From Octopus vulgaris (taxonomy: Eukaryota), in assembly GCA_951406725.2 (NCBI GenBank), contig OX597824.1, positions 248,001 to 312,000 on the forward strand: DNA of 64,000 bases, read 5' to 3'. Below are positions 63,156 to 64,000 of the stretch, one piece after another (within the stretch, counting starts at the first letter, position 1; the number at the start of each line of letters is the position of its first letter). The translations under genes were made by a program, and so were the position numbers. The notes beneath the pieces are model-generated. The model made no database searches, was not told the origin of the DNA, and saw only the letters and a list, made by a program, of their open reading frames with translations.

Positions 63156-64000
63156 AAAAACAAAGAGTTTTAGCCCAAAATAATTTGAAACTAGAGACTA
63201 GAGTAGAATGCTGACTCAGTGAGATCTCCAGCATACTTTAAAATAATAAAAGAACTTCAATCCCTCCCTGCCCACCTCCTCTCAGTAAATGATACGCAAG
63301 TTAGACTTGAATTTTGAAATACAAGTCTTAAGAGTTAAAGTTCTGGTTAGGAATTGCTTGGAATTAAACTTCATTGCTGATAAATATTTTTCTTCCTTTT
63401 CCTTTTTAATACTGCTTTTGCAACCATATTTCTGTTGAAATGCATTAATTTTGTTTCATTCGATTTAGAAAAAACTGAAAAAGTTTTGAAAATAACTTTG
63501 TTATTATTAAGCTTTGGAACATAAATTATTATGAAATTTAAATGCAAAGTTTAAATTTAGATCAGTTTAAGAGAGGAAGTCTGTGTTGCAGAACCACGAA
63601 CAGCCTAGATTGGTATCAAAAGGGTTAATGATATAATGCCTAGATTATCAATATTCAAGAAAACAAATCTAATGGACAGGGGTAAGTTTGATGTAAATTA
63701 TGAAATTTTCTTACATTGTGTGTGTGTGTGTTGACCATCACAAAGAAATGTTCAATACCATACTAGAGAGTGTTGTTGAAACACTGCCTTTGAAAATAAA
63801 GAAAAATTTAGTTAACTAATTTTGTCACCATTAAGCTGGTATTTGAAATGTCACATGAGATTTTGATGTAATTTAGATCATTTTGAAACAGAGTTTGTGT
63901 CTTAGGACCAGGGAGGGTTCCAGATGGGTTATTATCTAAAGGATGGAAGTTTTGGCTAAGCCATTTGTACTTTGGGTATGTACTTTAAACATTTTAAACC

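Overview
AT-rich, repeat-dense animal genomic DNA; the repeat content and long (TA)n/(CA)n tracts suggest a coleoid cephalopod such as Octopus (inference). The window holds the last 10 coding exons (9727-52424, + strand, 455 aa) of a PALS1/MPP5/Stardust MAGUK gene: end of L27C, PDZ, SH3, HOOK and GUK, all GT-AG and phase-consistent. Its 5' exons lie upstream of the window. Introns and flanks contain two long, oppositely oriented RTE-clade LINE copies plus truncated relatives, three non-autonomous Helitrons, DINE/HINE-like elements, mariner, Chapaev/CMC, hAT and piggyBac-like MITEs, an RLE-type LINE fragment and many SINEs. Three signals stand out. (1) Minimal type-I hammerhead-like folds with palindromic helix III (Penelope-like), showing C3-G8, swapped G3-C8 and possibly U3-A8 cores. 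(2) A C4HC3 PHD finger inserted in the C-terminal part of the RTE reverse transcriptase. (3) Variable-copy arrays of a putative H-type pseudoknot in that LINE's 3' UTR. All calls were made by eye; no searches were run.
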